Assembly (NCBI RefSeq): GCF_001194135.2
Contig: NC_068983.1
Coordinates: 50,046,901-50,110,900, forward strand
Direction of reading: 5' to 3'
From: Octopus bimaculoides
Taxonomy: Eukaryota
Length of the DNA: 64,000 nucleotides
The position numbers were made by a program, and so were the translations under genes. Positions 12,160 through 25,354 of the stretch are shown here, one piece after another. The notes under the pieces are model-generated. The model was not told where the DNA came from and ran no database searches. It saw nothing but the letters and a program-made list of their open reading frames with translations. Every line of letters starts with the position of its first letter. Within the stretch, counting starts at the first letter, position 1.

Positions 12160-12859
12160 TTTTTACTGTAGGCACAAGGCCGAAATTTTTTGTGGAAGGA
12201 GTCCAGTCGATTAGATCGACACCAGTACGCAACTAGTACTTTAATTATCGACTCCGAAAGGATGAAAGGGAAAGTCGATCTCAGCGGAATTTGAACTCAA
12301 AACGTTGCTGTAGACGAAATACTGCTGAGCATTTTGCCCGGCGTGCTAATGTTTCTGCCAGCTCACCGACTTAAGTCTTACAAGATATTCTTTTCTACTC
12401 TAGGTACAAGGCTCGAAACTTTTGATGGAGGTAAGGGGCAGGTGATTAGATCTACCGCAGTATGTAACTGGTACTTAATTTATCGAACTCGAAAGGATGA
12501 AAAGCAAAGCAAACCTCGGCGAAATTTCAACTCAAAACGTAAAGACAGACGAAATGCCGTTAAGTATTTCGTCCGGCGTTCTAACGTTTCTTATTTCTTT
12601 ACTGCCCACAAAGGGCTACACACAGAGGGGACAAACGAGACAGACAAGCGGATTAAGTCGCTCATATCAACCCCAGTGCGTAACTGGTACTTATTTAATC
12701 GACCCCGAAAGGATGAAAGGCAAAGTCGATCTCAGCGGAATTCGAACTCAGAACGTAGCGGCAGACGAAATATCGCTAAGCATTTCGCCCGGCGTGCTAA
12801 CGTTTCTGCTTGCTCACCGCCTTAAGCCTTCTAAGATATTCTTTTCTACTCTAGGTACA
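12160..12859 (-). mobile_element. Head-to-tail array of at least 3 SINE family A units, running into a gap
   Basis: Repeated TTAATTATCGACTCCGAAAGGATGAAAGGGAAAGTCGATCTCAGCGGAATTTGAACTCAAAACG..GCCCGGCGTGCTAA..TCTGCCAGCTCACC at roughly 200-240 bp spacing. Confidence 0.9.
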
Positions 12860-13515
12860 NNNNNNNNNNNNNNNNNNNNNNNNNNNNNNNNNNNNNNNNN
12901 NNNNNNNNNNNNNNNNNNNNNNNNNNNNNNNNNNNNNNNNNNNNNNNNNNNNNNNNNNNNNNNNNNNNNNNNNNNNNNNNNNNNNNNNNNNNNNNNNNNN
13001 NNNNNNNNNNNNNNNNNNNNNNNNNNNNNNNNNNNNNNNNNNNNNNNNNNNNNNNNNNNNNNNNNNNNNNNNNNNNNNNNNNNNNNNNNNNNNNNNNNNN
13101 NNNNNNNNNNNNNNNNNNNNNNNNNNNNNNNNNNNNNNNNNNNNNNNNNNNNNNNNNNNNNNNNNNNNNNNNNNNNNNNNNNNNNNNNNNNNNNNNNNNN
13201 NNNNNNNNNNNNNNNNNNNNNNNNNNNNNNNNNNNNNNNNNNNNNNNNNNNNNNNNNNNNNNNNNNNNNNNNNNNNNNNNNNNNNNNNNNNNNNNNNNNN
13301 NNNNNNNNNNNNNNNNNNNNNNNNNNNNNNNNNNNNNNNNNNNNNNNNNNNNNNNNNNNNNNNNNNNNNNNNNNNNNNNNNNNNNNNNNNNNNNNNNNNN
13401 NNNNNNNNNNNNNNNNNNNNNNNNNNNNNNNNNNNNNNNNNNNNNNNNNNNNNNNNNNNNNNNNNNNNNNNNNNNNNNNNNNNNNNNNNNNNNNNNNNNN
13501 NNNNNNNNNNNNNNN

Positions 13516-13547
<32 letters not shown>

Positions 13548-13559
13548 GTGCGTGTGTGT

Positions 13560-13750
13560 GTGTGTGTGTGTGTCCCAGTATCGCTTGACAAGCGATGCTG
13601 GTGTGGTTACGTCCCCGTAAATTAGCGGTTCAGCAAAAGAGACCGATAGAATAAATACTAGGCTTACAAAGAATGAGTCCGAGAGTCGATTTTCTCGACT
13701 AATGGCGGTGCTGCATCATGTCCGCAGTCAAAAGGGCTGAAAAAAGTAAA
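13560..13750 (+). mobile_element. SINE family B, 3' half
   Basis: ATCGCTTGACAAGCGATGCTGGTGTGG..GGTTCAGCAAAAGAGACCGATAGAATAAATACTAGGCTTACAAAG. Confidence 0.8.
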
Positions 13751-13937
13751 AGAATATATCATACTTTTGAACGTTCCTTTGAATGCTCATTACAGCTATT
13801 CATGTTGGATCTATATATTTTTGGGATTAGTTTACTAAGTCATCGTCTCTACATATAATCGGAAGTTATGAATTATTTTACAAAAGAGTGAATCTGGCTC
13901 GTGTGCCCTTTTCTTAAACCCCAGCAAGCTACTATAC

Positions 13938-14028
13938 CAGTGGTTCCCAACCTTTCCACAGTGGCTCCTAACAGTGGTTCCCAACCCTTTTATTTAAATG
14001 AGTTTTCCCATGGCCCCCTTTCAATATG

Positions 14029-14062
<34 letters not shown>

Positions 14063-14310
14063 TCATGAGCGATAGTGGTGTCAGTTAGACCCAGGGGTCT
14101 AATGGATTTACAATTACAATATCCCTACATTCACTCTCTATTTCCTATCTTAACTAAACTAACTATTGCTTAACCATCCTTTCACACCGTCTCCGATGAA
14201 GGGATATAACAAACATCCTGGAAACAGCTGTAAGACCTATTTCTAAATGTTCTACATTATACACAGCCTTATTTTTCTTTTATCTCATTACGAAAAGTAA
14301 ATCCTTATAC

Positions 14311-14352
<42 letters not shown>

Positions 14353-14696
14353 NNNNNNNNNNNNNNNNNNNNNNNNNNNNNNNNNNNNNNNNNNNNNNNN
14401 NNNNNNNNNNNNNNNNNNNNNNNNNNNNNNNNNNNNNNNNNNNNNNNNNNNNNNNNNNNNNNNNNNNNNNNNNNNNNNNNNNNNNNNNNNNNNNNNNNNN
14501 NNNNNNNNNNNNNNNNNNNNNNNNNNNNNNNNNNNNNNNNNNNNNNNNNNNNNNNNNNNNNNNNNNNNNNNNNNNNNNNNNNNNNNNNNNNNNNNNNNNN
14601 NNNNNNNNNNNNNNNNNNNNNNNNNNNNNNNNNNNNNNNNNNNNNNNNNNNNNNNNNNNNNNNNNNNNNNNNNNNNNNNNNNNNNNNNNNNNNNNN

Positions 14697-14727
<31 letters not shown>

Positions 14728-14826
14728 GTGTGTGTGTGTGTGTGTGTGTGAAAGTTAGTTCACGAATCCTCAGTACTACCTTCAGGGACCACCTGGGGTT
14801 CGCGGACCCCAAATTGGGAACCGCTG
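13938..14826. mobile_element. hAT-type MITE with 8-bp TSD, carrying nested insertions and a gap
   Basis: Termini CAGTGGTTCCCAA (13938-13950) and TTGGGAACCGCTG (14814-14826); flanks TACTATAC (13930-13937) and TACTATAT (14827-14834), 7/8 identical. 8-bp TSDs are characteristic of hAT. Confidence 0.8.
14189..14236 (+). ncRNA. Minimal type I hammerhead motif (CCGAUGA core variant)
   Basis: GTCT-CCGATGA-A-GGGAT-ATAACAAAC-ATCCT-G-GAA-ACAGCTGT-A-AGAC: stem I GTCT/AGAC, 5-bp stem II, 8-nt palindromic stem III, GUA triplet. Confidence 0.7.
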
Positions 14827-17084
14827 TACTATATTATCAATGACGGTAAACTGTGCTGAGATATATTTGACATATTGTAGTTCAGTTCGTCGCGAGAAAC
14901 CTGCAGTGAAAAACAGGTTCTATTAATCAGTGAAACTCTACGTATGTCTGTTAAATATGCATTTGAACTCACTCAGGATTTACCGAGATATTCAATGGCA
15001 GAATAATTAAATTATTTAAGAAACTACGAGCCAACGCTCTGGTATACAAATGTATGAAATCAACGCATATACATATAAATGTTTCATAACTTGATGTGGA
15101 ACAGAATAGGAAGACAATCCGGATAAACTGGCAAAATGTAGGAAATTTTTGTCGAGCTATTCCCTGCACTTTTCTGCAGCTAGATTTATGTACATTAATC
15201 GCATAAATCATAAATTTACACACTGAAGGGGGTAAATGTAAATTTATTAAACTCGTGAAACTAAATTTCTTTACATATGTACGTTTCATAGGGAAATTTT
15301 GATATTGTCACGGCTCTGTGGGTTTGCTTTGTAATGGCTATTCTATAATGGACTGAATTTCATGGTAACCTTACAATTAAATTTTGTCTCCTGACATCAG
15401 CGGCGTGGTTGATAACCGTATCTGTATTTTTGGCGTTAATGATAATGGAGATGGTTATTGATGAAGGCGATGGCCTTTAGATGATGATGATTAACAATAA
15501 TTTTAGAGTGTATAATTGTAACAAAGGTGAAGCTGGAGTGGGCCTTGATGCTGATTGTCATTGTGTACATAGTATATCCGGTTATAGCATAATGATGAGG
15601 CTTGTGTTATTTCATTGGTTGAGCACGGCATTCTATGATTTTACCAAACAACTTTTGCGATCCTTGATCTTTATTTGCTTTGCATTCTTCGTACCTAGCC
15701 AACCTGTGAGGGTGCACTTTTCTGTGGCTTACATTACCAAATACTATAAATGTACACTCACATATTCTCATTTGCGCTTAACCTGTTCTTGTTTGGAAAC
15801 GTTGTTCATCCAACACATTATATCCTATCTATAAAGTCCCATAACCCATTGTATGCCTCTGAAGAAAGTGACCATGCAAGCAATACTAATTGAGTTATAA
15901 GTTTAGACACGAAGTAAATATGTTTTGTCTGTTAAATACTTCAAACAGATATACCATGCCGTTTCAGTGATAGTATAAGAAAAGGTGATTTTTCGGCTAG
16001 TTATCTGGTATATAGGCATCTCTGGTATATGTCACATATACACGAGCCTGAAAATATACATCGATTGGTACAGATAGATTTTATAATGTTTTTTACCTTC
16101 ACTAAAATAATTCAGTTTGAAACATCGACAAATATGCCATGTTATTTCAAATGTTTCCTCATCAACAAACTGAATTTGAGATATCTAAAATCTCGTTACG
16201 TTATCTTGAAAACATTTTCAGATAACCCATATAAAAGAAAAACACAAAAAATATTAAAAAAACACCAGCATCACAATTATTCACCACTGGTTCCTATTTC
16301 TTCTGTTCCTGTCCAGGCTAATCCCTTACTAACTATTAAATCCTTCAGAACTTCACTTGTCACCATTTGTCTCCATTATTACATTGCCATTTTTCTCCTT
16401 GTATGCTTAAGGGTAAATTGATTTTTTTTTATTATTTTATTTGCTGCTGTTGTTTTTTTTTATCTTTGTTTTTCTTTGGTAATGTAGAAATTTGAAACTA
16501 CTGTATAAAGTAATTCTATCTTTCCACAAACTATCGCAGACAGAATAGAAATATAGAAGTTAGATGAAAGCACATTCTGATTTAATAGCAATTCTTCTGA
16601 GATTAACTTCCAAAGCTGTGTGTGACAACAATGGCAAATATAGCAAAGTTATATGTTTGAGATCAATAGACACACGAAGTGGCTAACTGGACAGAAAATG
16701 ATTGACTCAATTTACTTATGTCTGTACTTGCTTTCTATTCTTATTTTCTTTCTTGTTTACTTCTATTTTACCTTCTTCGTCCACCACTTCTTTACTATTT
16801 GTCTGAAATCGCAATAACCATACATGATCATTCATAACTGTACATCGACTTGAGTAATTCGTTATGGTATGGTGGGGATTTAATGAACCTGAAGTGTCTA
16901 TGTCATCCTCGCTTGCATGAAGTAGCTCTGACTATGAGGTAAATATCACTACCTACTCATTTAGCCCCGAGCCATCTCGCGTCTGTCCTTTCTGATGGTA
17001 GAATGTTAGTTGAGACGGATATGGTTTATCTTTCAAGCAGGCTGCTATCTAGAAAATTTCCCTGCACATTGAGTATTGATTTCA

Positions 17085-17282
17085 AATTTTGGCACAATGC
17101 CTGTAATTTCGGGATAGGGCTTGTGTCGATTACCTCTACCCTAGAGCGCAACTGGTACTTATTTTATCGTCCCCGAAAACGTGAAAAGCAAAGTTCACTT
17201 CGGGGAATTTAAACTCAGAATATAAAGTCGGACGAAATGCCGCTACGCATGATGTCCGGCGTGCTTAAGATTCCGCCAACGC
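17085..17282 (-). mobile_element. SINE family A, degraded
   Basis: CAACTGGTACTTATTTTATCGTCCCCGAAAACGTGAAAAGCAAAGTT..GGAATTTAAACTCAGAA..GACGAAATGCCGCTA. Confidence 0.75.
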
Positions 17283-17686
17283 GTCATGGGCCTCGCTGGT
17301 CTAGGAGCCCAAATCTGATCTATGTACGTTGAGGTTTACTGTCAATGAATAAATATTATAGGGCTCACGTGCATTGATTTTTCAGGCGGTCTATAATGCA
17401 ACTAACGTTGCTCTGCATCCCACCACAAGGTCTGGGGCCAGTAGGTCCAAAGTTGCAGCTGTTAAATATCTGTTTTTTACTTGCGGTTGTTAAGGTTGAG
17501 TGAGGGTATTTTAAACATGTTATTTCAGTTTGACTCCGAAGAATTGTATATGTCTTTGTGCAGTGTCATCTTGTCGTCTTAACGTATAGGGACACTGTTA
17601 CTTTCAGGCATCAGTGTACAGAAAGCTCAATTCATATGTATTCTGCTGCTCTCTGTCAATGTATATATACACGCACACGCATATAG

Positions 17687-17725
<39 letters not shown>

Positions 17726-17758
17726 TTACATTATAAATATAATCATATATCATTTTTT

Positions 17759-17828
<70 letters not shown>

Positions 17829-19204
17829 TAAGCTCCAATTAAAGCGACTATTGTAAACAAATTGACTGAAAGAAATGGGCCGAACCACTGGGAATTAATC
17901 TTGTCTTCAGTTCCCAGTGGTTCAGCACATCTTTTTTCAGTCAATTTGTTTAGATTAGTTGCTTTAATTGGATCCTGTATTATAATTATTAAGAAAATAA
18001 TAATATACAATTACAATTAGATTAGTTGCTTTAATTGGATCCTGTATTATTATTATTATTAAGAAAATAATAATATACAATTACAATTATTGTTAAAAGA
18101 CCTATATGGTCGCTTTTGTCCGATATTTAGTTCTGAGGGGAAAATGAGATCTGTGACAAATTTGGAATTACGACATCAGAGAAGAGTGATCTCTGAGGCA
18201 CAGTAGGGATAATGACATCAGAGAAGTGTGATTATTATAAAATGGGCTGAAATATGTACACGCTGGGCTGGAGTGTTTGTTCCTTGAATTAGTGTAAAGT
18301 CCACAAAACAAATATCCTGATGAATGAGCAACTCTGAAAATGAGCTTATCATTTCTTCCTCTTTGATAATTAATAGTCATTATTTAATGTTTACGTCAAC
18401 AAATACACCAACTTAAGCATGAAATCATGTCGTAGTCAAGCTATGATATTATTTTGCAGAGGTACAGTTATTAAGAAAACAAATTTTGAGGCGGGAGAAA
18501 GGGGCATTGCATATTAACTTTGCCGTCCCTTCCAGGTCGAAGTGCTTGATGCCGTTCATATCGTGTTTTGAGTGTCGCATGTCAACAGCAGTAGGAAAGA
18601 CACAAGAAGAAGAATCTAGAGTGCTAATGTTTTAGGGAGGAAAAAAAAACTTGAAGGGAGTCAAGGGACCTGTCATCTGTTTAAGAGGGAACGTTGCTGG
18701 CGTCAAGTATGTCTTTGATGCATAGAAGAATAGAGAGTTGGGTTCAAAACTATCGCCTGAGAAACGCAAGATTTGATCGGAAAAAGGTTGAAAGAGCTCC
18801 TTCAACACATGCTACAACAATGCTTTTTATGCTGAAAGAGTTTTCTTGCTCCATATCATTTGAAAGAAAAACCAATACGAATGCAACGACTATGATTTCA
18901 CGTCTGCTACTGATTCTGAAGGTCAAAAAGAAAATTATGATAGCACTCCCCGGCAGCCGAAGGAAATTCAATTTGCAGTATTTCCCTGAATCATTTGGTC
19001 ATGATTAAAAAAGCTGAATCAGTTTCACCTGCATAATGTGTCCACTAGAGATTTCCCTTATTCATGAGTGTTTTTTTTAATAAAGGCTCAATATCGCTAT
19101 CATTGAATTCCATAAATTAGAGCCATAATACTCCTTCTTGTCAATTATTCATGATTTGAGCAAATTTCAATAATCTTTGGTTTCACATATATTTCTTTCT
19201 AATT

Positions 19205-19402
19205 TTGGCACAACAGTTTTGAGAACAGGGGCAAAGCAATTACATAGGCCAGAGTACTTGACTGGTACTTTACTTCTTCAACCACCGGAAGGATGAAAGT
19301 GAAGTCGATCTCGGCGGTGGAATTTGAACTTCGGGCGTTAAGAGTGGGAAGATATGTCGCAAAGAATTTTTTCCAAAGAGCTAACAATTCTGCCAGATCG
19401 AT
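19205..19402 (-). mobile_element. SINE family A, degraded
   Basis: ACTGGTACTTTA..GGAAGGATGAAAGTGAAGTCGATCTCGGCGGTGGAATTTGAACT..AACAATTCTGCCAG. Confidence 0.7.
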
Positions 19403-20261
19403 GCTTCGTTTCATTATGAAAATTTGTTTCTCAGAGAATAGCTTGGAAAATTTGATGTGAATTTTTTTGATCGTGTTATGCTTTTAGTTCTAATATAATC
19501 ATACTAAATAAATTTTCAACATAGACTAAAAACAGTTATTTGACAGTATTGGAAGCAGAAATGGTCAAGAGGTGTTTGTCATTATTCTTGTCACGGTTGC
19601 ACTAGCATCAGAAAAGAATGACAGACATTTCAAATTTTTTTCTTGCAGATTAAATTTTTTCGTTTTCTTTTTATCTTAAAATTGTTTTCCTTATATTTTT
19701 ATTCCATTTCTAGTATTCAAACTCTGTATTTACTGTTATCAAACATCAAATTTTCCTTGATTTCTTTTTTCAGATTTATCGTTGCTTTGTGTGTTTCCTT
19801 TTCTTCAGCTTGGGGACATTTTCAAATTATGGATACAAAATACAATAGAAAAGTGTTTATAGCTTTTTGAAGTTTCAGTATTGTATTATTGATACAAATT
19901 TCTGACGCAATGATTGGCATAAATACAACAAATTTCAGAAGCGATGATTGGCATAGAACACACAAATCACTTATTGACGAAGGTATTGTAGCAGGTAAAA
20001 CAAGTTCAGAATACAGCTGGTACTGTAATAGACCACAATCGAGGAAGAAATGTCAGAATTGAAAATGAGTGTATGAACTATCATAACTGGGCACTGGGAA
20101 ACATATGTTGAAAGTCTTCGGTGCCGTGCATTCATCACAATGAAGTATGTCTATAACTTAGCAAAGCTCCAGATTAGTAATACCTTGTGGGTGGCGCACA
20201 CATCAAACTCAGACACACATATACAGACACAAACACGCACACAGACACACAAACACACACA

Positions 20262-20295
<34 letters not shown>

Positions 20296-20411
20296 CATAC
20301 ACAAACGCACAAACACCAACATACACTCAAACACATACACAGACACACACATACACACATGCGCATACATATTTTAATCGAAGAGTACAATATTATCTAT
20401 CCATTGAGAGA

Positions 20412-20729
20412 GCACTCCGTCGGCTGCGACGACGAGAGTCCCAGCTGATACGATCAACGGAACAGCTTGCTCGTGAAATTAACGTGCAAGTGGCTGAGCT
20501 CTCCACAGAAACGTGTACCCTTAACGTAGGGAGATTCAGCGTGACACAGAGGGTGACAAGGCTGCTGGTCCTTTGAATTACAGGTACAACTTAATTTTAC
20601 CAGCTGAGTGAACTGGAGCAACGTGAAATAAAGTATCTTGCTCAGGGACACAACGCGTCGCCGGGATTTGAACTCACGACCTTACAATCGTGAGTCGAAT
20701 GCCCTAACCACTAAGTCACGTGCCTTCAC
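20412..20729 (-). mobile_element. tRNA-derived SINE, head H2 + tail T1
   Basis: Minus head GGCACGTGACTTAGTGGTTAGGGCATTCGACTCACGATTGTAAGGTCGTGAGTTCAAATCCCGG, then TGTGTCCCTGAGCAAGATACTT, then the family C 3' half (..GCCGACGGAGTGC). Confidence 0.85.
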
Positions 20730-21067
20730 ATTACGCTATCCACTACGGCCGATCTTATTGGTTGGTTTCGCACCCTACACTCTCCATATATAAGGATTAT
20801 TATTGCTTACAATAATATCAAATAGCAAGCATGCATAAAAAATATCATAGGGTAAAAAATCATTAATTAATAATCAAGGGTGCTACAAGCAGTACCAGCA
20901 CACTAAAAATAGCTGCCAGAGGACGTCTAGAACCACAAACGTTCACAGATACACATTAATTGAAATCGGGGTAATTGCTAACGAGAACTTAGTGGCATTT
21001 TCGCAAAGTACGAAATCGTGACGATACGGATATGTCTGGCTTTTCAATTTACGGTTCTTAATTATCA

Positions 21068-21104
<37 letters not shown>

Positions 21105-22611
21105 CATACATACTCTTCTCTGGTTCTATCTCTGCATCGACTCTTTTTTTTTATATTTCTTTCTTTGTGTGATTGTGCCACTTTGTCGAATACATAAGTT
21201 ACCGGAAGATCTCATTTGGACTAGGCATCGCAGGATATGTAAAATATATTGAATATGCGCCTTACTTTACAACGGTACCTCTACGACTCCCTCATCTGTT
21301 GAGGGAACCCCTGAAACTCATTTTCTAGATTTGGGATAATTTGTTATATTTGTGGTTTACAATCTTCGTTTATTATCACAATGCTGAATCACTCAGCATC
21401 GTATCATCTAAGTAATTCCAAAGAAGGTGTTAATTGAACGACATCAATATTCACAAACAATAAACAATTATCGAGTCTTAAATATAATTTTAGTTTTACA
21501 TATTTCATTTTCTATTTTCTAAAAAGAGATTATTTTCCAAAAATACTATACTAATTTACATAATTACAGAAAATGAATTATTTTTCTAATCAGTAACTTT
21601 TTCCATGTCTACTGCAATTCGGTGACTAGCATATTCGCAATTTTTCAGTCAGGAACTAAAAAAAAACGTACTTCTTTTGTTTCGTTCTCCGAGAAATGCA
21701 ATGTAGAAATAATCATGTTAAAAATGCCGTACCAATGTGGTTGCAACCTGTCAGAATCTTCGCCCTTGTATTTTGTTGATTCTCATTACAAAACATATTC
21801 ATATTTAAAAGACACACTTATGGGGATCAAAGCATTATTAGATTAAACATATTTTCGGCCTTGAAACAACCTGTCAAATTTCTTGTCTCTGTTGATGTAT
21901 AAAAACATCACTATCTGCTAAATTCAACATTACGTAGATTTTCAAGAAGAATGACGTCGATTCCAGATTGATTCAGTAAAGATGGAATGTATGAGAATAC
22001 TTCGATGGCGAACATATAAGGAAGTTTTGGAAGGAAATGGATGGTGATTGTTTCGGTAGTCTACAGCTTTGAATAGTGGAAGGCTCTGATATATTTCCCT
22101 GTAGGTTCTGAACTAAGCTCCACTTACCGTGTTCAGGGATTTAAATGATACGAGGACATGAAACCCAATGGGGATGGGGTGCTATTTAACACTTATACAT
22201 TTAGATATTTGAAGATGGGTATTTATTTTCTGCGCTACTGCCAAATTTGATAGAGAACCAAGAGAACCAATTTTACAATAGTTTTGACAAATTTATGGGT
22301 TTGACATGGTTGAAAGAATACTGTGAATTTGCGGTTAGATCTCCACTGGATGTAATCATAGATATTTTCATTAGTGAAATATATTCTTTAACCATTTTCT
22401 AAACGAACATTTAAATTAGTCACACTGAAGAGGCGATCATAGATTGTAAATTCTAGAATGTAAATTCATCATTAGTAGTGGAGTATATCCTTCTCTTGTA
22501 GATCTGAATCTCTTCATGAGAGTTCAATAAAACATTCAGCTGAAGTGTAAACAAATCGACTTTGATATGATCTCCATTTCAACACTAATTTGTAGAGGAT
22601 ATGCATCCCTT

Positions 22612-22818
22612 CTACTATAAGCACAAGACCTGAAATTTTTGGGGAGGTGGCCAGTCAATTAGATCAATCCAGTATGCAGCTGGTACTTAATTTATCGACC
22701 CCGGAAAGGATAAAAGGTAAAGTTGGCCTCGGCGGGATTTAAACTCAGGACGTAGCAACGGGGAAATACCGCTAAGCATTTCGTCCAGCATGCTAACGAC
22801 TCTGCCAGCTCGCCGCTT
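22612..22818 (-). mobile_element. SINE family A
   Basis: CTGGTACTTAATTTATCGACCCCGGAAAGGATAAAAGGTAAAGTTGGCCTCGGCGGGATTTAAACTCAG..TCTGCCAGCTCGCCG. Confidence 0.85.
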
Positions 22819-23719
22819 TACAGACGATATGCATCGTGACCGAAATGTGTGTCACACAGAAAAAGACGAGTATTCGTCATCGTATAATTAAATTATTTCC
22901 TAACGTGAGTAATATGTCTGTTTAAAATTTCACGACTTATTAATTCAAAAAATAATAGTCATATAATGGACGATATTTTCCTTGAAATACGCTCGAAGGA
23001 AAATATCCTCTAGACCGGAGACACTTTGCTAATATACCATGCAAAATATTCTGTCATGAATATATATTTATTTGAATAAGAGACAACTGTGATAATCATT
23101 GAAATCCAAACACTAGCACCATGTGTTTTTTTTTATTTATATAAAATATAAATATTTTATATTTATTTATGCTCTTATTACATTCATATTTTATAAAATT
23201 TCTTTTTAAATATTTTCAATTAAGTTTCGATATAATTTTCTTTGGATAGCTTTGAATAGTTTATGCAAACTCTTTAGCGGTGTTGATTTTATAGTTCTAA
23301 CATAATACGATGAAATTGACACCATAGAATAATAAAATATATTTCAACAGAGTTATAAGCAGAAACTGTCAAGCTGGGGATGTCATTAGTTTTGTCAGGG
23401 TTGAGCTTGCATTACAAAAATATGACAGTTATTCAATTATTTTCTTTCAGATTAATTTGTTTTGTTACGCTTTTTGTTTTCGTCTCCTAATATCCTATTA
23501 TTTTCATTGTTGTCAAGTATTAACTCTACTTTGTTCTTATTCTGATTATGAGCGGATATTTTCAGGGTCGGAGCAAAGAAGGTGGGATGCAAAAATGCTT
23601 ATTTATTTTTTAAGACTTATAATACTTATCCGACTTTCATACATAATCACTTCTTTTGCCAGCACAAGGCCAACATATTTTTAATTTATTGTTTAGCTTT
23701 TAATTATTTTATACACCAG

Positions 23720-23935
23720 AGGGGCGAGCTGGCAGAATTATTAGCATATCGAGCAAAATACTTAGCAGTGTATTGTCTTTTGTCCATCTTCATGTTCTGA
23801 GTTCAATTTCCACCGAGATCAATTTTGCACTTCATCCTTTCGGGATCAATAGAATAAGTACCAGTTGAGTACTGCGGTCGATGTAATCAACTTACATCCT
23901 TCCCAAATTTTCTGGCCTTGTACCAAAATTTGAGA
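23720..23935 (+). mobile_element. SINE family A
   Basis: GGCGAGCTGGCAGAATTATTAGCA..GTTCTGAGTTCAATTTCCACCGAG..TTCATCCTTTCGGGATCAATAGAATAAGTACCAG. Confidence 0.8.
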
Positions 23936-24010
23936 CCGATTACTTTATAAACCATAGAGAAAGAAACGGGCTATTTGATGTCATTAATATTTAATCATAT
24001 AAATAATATA

Positions 24011-24251
24011 AATGCACCCTTTTAAAGCCTGGCCAGGCTCATTGGCCCAATTTCACGGTTTGAAGGGCATATGTGTTCCCCAGCTGGACGCTAGTCCATC
24101 GCAGCGTTACTCATTTTAGCCAGCTGAGTGGACTGGAGCAACGTGAAATGAAGTGTTTTGCTCAAGAGCACAAGGCGTCGCCCGGTCCAGGTATCGAAAC
24201 CACAATGTTATGATCATGCTGACACCCTAACCACTAAGCCACGCGCCTCCA
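24011..24251 (-). mobile_element. tRNA-derived SINE, head H2 + tail T2
   Basis: Head and core match 20640-20729; the 3' end is instead ..GAGCCTGGCCAGGCTTTAAAAGGGTGCA. Confidence 0.8.
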
Positions 24252-24357
24252 CAATATTTAATCATAAGACATCATAATTGAGTATTGAAAGCATTTAGTG
24301 GCGCCCTCTATCCTGTTCTGTTATCAATCAAAGTGAAATATATAGATCTTTTATATT

Positions 24358-24740
24358 TTACTTGTTTCAACCACTGGATTGCGGCCATGCTGGGGCACTG
24401 CCTTTGAGGGTTTTAATCGAACGAATCAACTGAAATACTTGATTTAATTTGATAATATTCTATCGGATTCTTTTTGCCAAAACTTTAACTTACGGGGATG
24501 TGAACAAACCAACACCGACTGTCACTCGGTGGTGAGTTGAATACAGACACACAGATATTTAGCTCTCAATCTATACATAAAAATATATACAATGGGCTTC
24601 CATACAATTTCCTCCTATCAAGTTCACCCAAAAGCCCAGAGCTTTAGCAGAAATTACTCACCCAACGTACTGTGGAGTGGGATTGAACCCCAAAAAGCAT
24701 GGCTGCAAATCTAACTACTTGATCTTAACCACAAAGCTAC
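24358..24740 (-). mobile_element. SINE family B, degraded
   Basis: CTTGTTTC..GCGGCCATGCTGGGGCACTGCC..ACTTACGGGGATGTGAACAAACCAACACC..GGGATTGAACCC..CTTAACCACA. Confidence 0.6.
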
Positions 24741-25354
24741 ACGTGCTTATTATGATAATAATAAAATATTTTTCTTCCAATAATTTTCTTAATTACGCAT
24801 TATAAATCGCCATCTTAGGTCGGTGACAGCTTACACGAAACAACAAAAGGTCAAAATAAGCCGACACATTGGATTATGTTGAATGCGAAATGTTCAGCAT
24901 TCTTTATTTTCAGTTAACTCCAAATATAACATCAATACTTTTAATAACCAAATAAACATCACACATTATTATATTTCTTTCACTATAATTCATCGACTTT
25001 ATGTCTAATTAAGAAGTAATTTTTTCTGACAAAATATTTTAGTCGTGAAGCACGAGATATATTTTTAAAGCTTCTTATATATATTACAAGTTCAGCCAAA
25101 AAACTGTAATCTGTCAGAATGAAAATAAATATAAATCTGACATTTTGATTTTCTAAATCGGTTCAAAACTTAGTTTAAGGTCAAGTTTTACCCTGTATTT
25201 CAAAGTCAGTCGAATATAGATAAATTCTCTTTTAACAAGTAAGTATGAATACGGATGGTAGAGACTAGTATCTTTGCCATCACACCGAACTGATGTGACT
25301 GAAGCAATCAGCATTTATTTCAAACATAGTTCTAGTTCTATATTTAAGAGAAGA

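Noticed and set aside
12334-12860. ORFs 12334-12825 and 12497-13588
   Set aside because: Chance read-through of the antisense strand of a SINE family A array; the same peptide recurs at other SINE copies (29168, 38455).
18317-18350. CTGATGA-ATGAG-CAA-CTCT-GAAAATGAGCTTATC, hammerhead-like
   Set aside because: The core is canonical, but stem II is only 3 bp with a U.U closure and no stem I pairs next to any NUH; at best a very decayed relic.
18690-19010. 104-aa plus and 73-aa minus ORFs in unique-looking sequence
   Set aside because: No recognisable domain or convincing splice context; the length is within chance expectation.
21880-22600. Minus-strand stretch loosely resembling an L1/Tx1 ORF2 C-terminus
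   Set aside because: Too many stops and frameshifts and no diagnostic motif I can anchor.
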